Shown here: positions 61,091 through 64,000 of the stretch, in pieces
How positions within the stretch are numbered: position 1 is the stretch's first letter
Layout: the number at the start of each line of letters is the position of its first letter
Notes under the pieces: model-generated
Seen by the model: the letters and a program-made list of their open reading frames with translations, nothing else
Told to the model about the DNA's origin: nothing
The model's database searches: none
NCBI GenBank assembly: GCA_963843145.1
Contig: CAWJJC010000020.1
Location: forward strand, 384,001 to 448,000
From: an uncultured delta proteobacterium
GTDB taxonomy: Bacteria; Desulfobacterota; RBG-13-43-22
DNA length: 64,000 nt
Direction: 5' to 3'
Translations under genes and position numbers: made by a program

Positions 61091-63482
61091 CTAGGCAGCT
61101 TCGCTGATAAAGGTGCGGCTTCGAGTTCGCGGATGGCGGCGAGGTAGCCCGGCTTGCCGCCGAAGAGCTTGACGATCTCGATCGGCGTGCCGAAGTGCGG
61201 TGAGCGGGTCGACCTTGAGGATCTCGAGCGACTCGACGCTGCTCGATGCCCTCGTCGGCGTATTTGTCGAGCAGCGCGTCGAGCACGGCGCGGGCCTTGT
61301 CGCCGTACTTGGCGAAGACGTTGCGCTTCTTGACCTTGCTCGGCCCGCTCCCGGCGGGTGAGCGGCGGCTGGTCGAAGGCGACGTGGCAGATCGAGGTCG
61401 AAGGCGTCGAAGTCGCGGCCGACCTGCTCGGCGAGTTCGTCGAGGAAGACGCCCTGGCTCGCGAGCTCCTCGACGATGGCCTGCTTGCGGTCGGCGTCGT
61501 TCCAGGCGGTCAGGAAGTCGTCGAGCGAGGCGTACGCCTTGCGCACGGTCTTGCGGGTGTAGTCCTTGAGCGACTCGGTGATGAGCTTGCCGTCGGCGTC
61601 GAGGTACTGGACGCGCTCGGCGGCGACGCGTGACCTCCACGTCGTCGACGTAGTACTTCGTGCGGTCGCTCGCCGGCGTCGGCGGCTCGACGTGGTCCGG
61701 GCGGATCGACGTCGATCGCCGGTCGCGCTCGCATCGGCTTCGTCAGCCTGCGTCGCGGCTCATCCGGCGGCACGGGCGGCTCGTCCGGGCCGGGCTCGTA
61801 GATCTGCACCGGATCGCCATCGAAGTCCGGGTCGGCGAACAGCGCGGTGGCCCGCTTGAAATCCATGATGGTGAAGAAGAGCTTGTCGTAGTCCTCGTTG
61901 ATGCGGGTGCCGCGGCCGATGATCTGCTTGAACTCGGTCATCGAGTTGATGCGCTGGTCGAGCACGATGAGCTGGCAGGTCTGGGCATCGACGCCGGTGG
62001 TCATCAGCTTCGAGGTGGTGGCGATGACCGGGTAGCGTCGACTCCGGGTCGATGAAGTTGTCGAGCTGGGCCTTGCCCTCGTCGTTGTCGCCGGTGATCC
62101 GCATGACGTACTTGCTGTTGGCGGCGGCAAGGTCGGGGTTGGCGTTGACCAGGGCCTGGCGCATGCGCTCGGCGTGGTCGATGTTCTCGCAGAAGACGAT
62201 GGTCTTGGCGAAGCGGTCGGTGGCCTTGAGGAACTCGGTGATCTTGGCGGCGACGAGCTCGGTGCGCTTTTCGAGGACCAGGTTGCGGTCGAAGTCGCGT
62301 CTGGTTGTAGTCGCGGTCTTCGATCACCTGGCCGTGCTTGTCGGTCTTGCCCTTCTCGGGCCGCCAGCCGTCGAGGTCCTTGTCGAGGCCGATGCGCACG
62401 ACTTTGTAGGGGGCGAGGAAGCCGTCCTCGATGCCCTGCTTGAGCGAGTAGGTGTAGATCGGGTCGCCGAAGTAGTCGATGTTGGAGACGTCCTTGGTCT
62501 CCTTGGGCGTGGCGGTGAGGCCGATCTGCGTGGCGGAGGAGAAGTAGTCGAGGACCTCGCGCCAGGCGGCGTCGTCGGCGGCGCTGCCGCGGTGGCATTC
62601 GTCGACGACGATCAGGTCGAAGAAGTCGGGCGAGAACTGCTTGTAGATGTTCTGCTCTTCCTCGGTGCCGGTGACGGCCTGGTAGAGGCGAGAGGTAGAT
62701 CTCGAAGGCCTTGTCGACCGTGCGATTGGTGATCTTGGTCATCGCCTGGCCGAACGGCTTGAAGTCGTTGGTCTTGGTCTGGTCGACGAGGATGTTGCGG
62801 TCGACGAGGAACAGGATGCGCTTCTTGGCGCCCGGACTTCCACAGCCGCCAGATGATCTGGAAGGCGGTGTAGGTCTTGCCGGTGCCGGTGGCCATGACG
62901 AGCAGGATGCGGTTCTCGCCGCGGGCGATGGCCTCGACGGTGCGGTTGATGGCGATGAGCTGGTAGTAGCGCGGCGTCTTGCCGGAGCCGTCGTCGTAGT
63001 AGTCCTGCGTGGCGACGGCTTCCTGCGTCGGCGGTGTAGCCCTTGGCGTGCGCGGTAGCGCGCCCAGAGTTCCTCGGGCGAGGGGAACTGGTCGAGCGGG
63101 ATCTCGCGTTCGACGGTGCCGCGCGTTGCCGGTGCGGTCGTGTTCGAGGAAGCCGTCGCCGTTGGAGCTGAAGGCGAACGGCACGTCGAGGATCTCGGCG
63201 TAGTCGAGCGCCTGCTGCATGCCGGCGCCGACGGAGTGGTTGTTGTCCTTGGCCTCGACGACGGCGATCGGGATGTTCGGCTTGTAGAAGAGGAGGTAGT
63301 CGGCCTTCTTGGCTTCGCCGCGCTTGACGGTCTTGCCGCGAACGATGACGCGGCCCTTGGTGAAGTAGACCTCCTCGCGAATCTGGGTCATCACGTCCCA
63401 CTTCTCGCCGTTCGCGCCGACGATGCGCCGGGGTGATGAACTTGGTGCGGATGTCCGCTTCGGTGAGAGCTTTCTTGTCCAT
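61091..63482 (-). CDS. hsdR: Type I R-M restriction subunit (EcoAI/EcoEI-like), multiply frameshifted as assembled
   Basis: [57 protein letters not shown]. Confidence 0.92.
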
Positions 63483-63566
63483 GGTTCCTTTAAGGCGGCA
63501 CGGTACCAGGTCCAGTGCGTCTTTTATGGCCGATGGGAATCCGGGACTTAATTGAATTCATTAGAG

Positions 63567-63653
63567 AAAAAAACCCTGCGTTTTGATTACGAGGCAGGGC
63601 CTTTTAGGTTCAAATATCCTCCCCAAGTTAAGGTTATGCGGAAAAATAATTGG
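63567..63653 (-). repeat. 87-bp leader/terminator element, copy 2, 85 bp upstream of hsdR
   Basis: Matches 20114-20200; preceded by TTGACA-17 bp-TATTTC (63702-63674). Confidence 0.85.
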
Positions 63654-63929
63654 GAAATTAAACGGATAGCTCGGAAATACCACAACTTTTGATGGCTGTC
63701 AATCATTGGAGCGGGGATAAGCATTCGCTTCTTTTAGCATCCAGAATCATCCCATCAATGCGGAAGTCGGCGATGAACAACTCACTGCCGGTCAGGCTGG
63801 TACGGTTGGGCTGGGTGGGGGTCTCTGATTTCATCGAATAGTTTTTCAAAAAATCTATCCGGACTTATTACCCTTATTATTACCCTCTTTTAAAGGCATT
63901 CCTTCTTTTCCACTACAAAGCGCTCGGGC

Positions 63930-64000
63930 CAGCAGGTACGGGTCGCGGAAAACAAGATCCGGCGTGAGCTTATCCTCCTCCCGGAGCTGTTTAATCTCCA
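63930..64000 (-). pseudogene. DUF1016 fragment at the window edge, truncated
   Basis: EIKQLREEDKLTPDLVFRDPYLL, then similarity is lost. Confidence 0.55.

Noticed and set aside
59651-63436. Many long plus-strand and alternative-frame ORFs over hsdM/hsdR and the hdr genes
   Set aside because: Shadow ORFs caused by high GC3; no motifs
9365-63482. Numerous frameshifts as true pseudogenes or programmed frameshifting
   Set aside because: Spread over unrelated genes, often in homopolymers; assembly error is the simpler explanation until reads are checked
63700-63834. Short ORF MKSETPTQPNRTSLTGSELFIAD resembling a helicase N-terminus
   Set aside because: Similarity recalled over only ~15 residues; too weak to call

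Overview
Bacterial chromosomal window, most consistent with an anaerobic Desulfobacterota (deltaproteobacterium); this taxonomy is inferred from gene content only. Single-base indels interrupt many otherwise intact genes, so the assembly is probably error-prone and frameshift calls are provisional. Core content: (i) an AlgB/KinB-like sigma-54 two-component pair; (ii) a membrane-anchored Hdr-like operon (NarI/heme-c/HdrC fusion, HdrB, selenocysteine HdrA), with a paralogous fusion+HdrB pair at 42-45 kb; (iii) a ~13 kb hdrC-hdrB-hdrA'-nuoE-nuoF-(nuoG'/hdrA'')-mvhD(Sec)-metV-metF-hdrA-like-hdrA/mvhD cluster preceded by a sigma-54 regulatory cluster; (iv) uppP, an epimerase, an acyl-CoA synthetase and hypotheticals. 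Two minus-strand defence islands (~10.2-20.2 kb and ~51.9-64 kb) share a homologous scaffold (87-bp leader element, truncated type III mod, DUF1016) but carry different cargo. Island 1 carries TA modules, an IS481-family element and an AT-rich, overlapping reverse transcriptase + family A DNA polymerase gene pair, the best candidate for an uncharacterised system. Island 2 carries a type I R-M system, a Panacea/MazF-like TA pair, RhuM and an ART-like orphan. No rRNA, tRNA or CRISPR array was seen.
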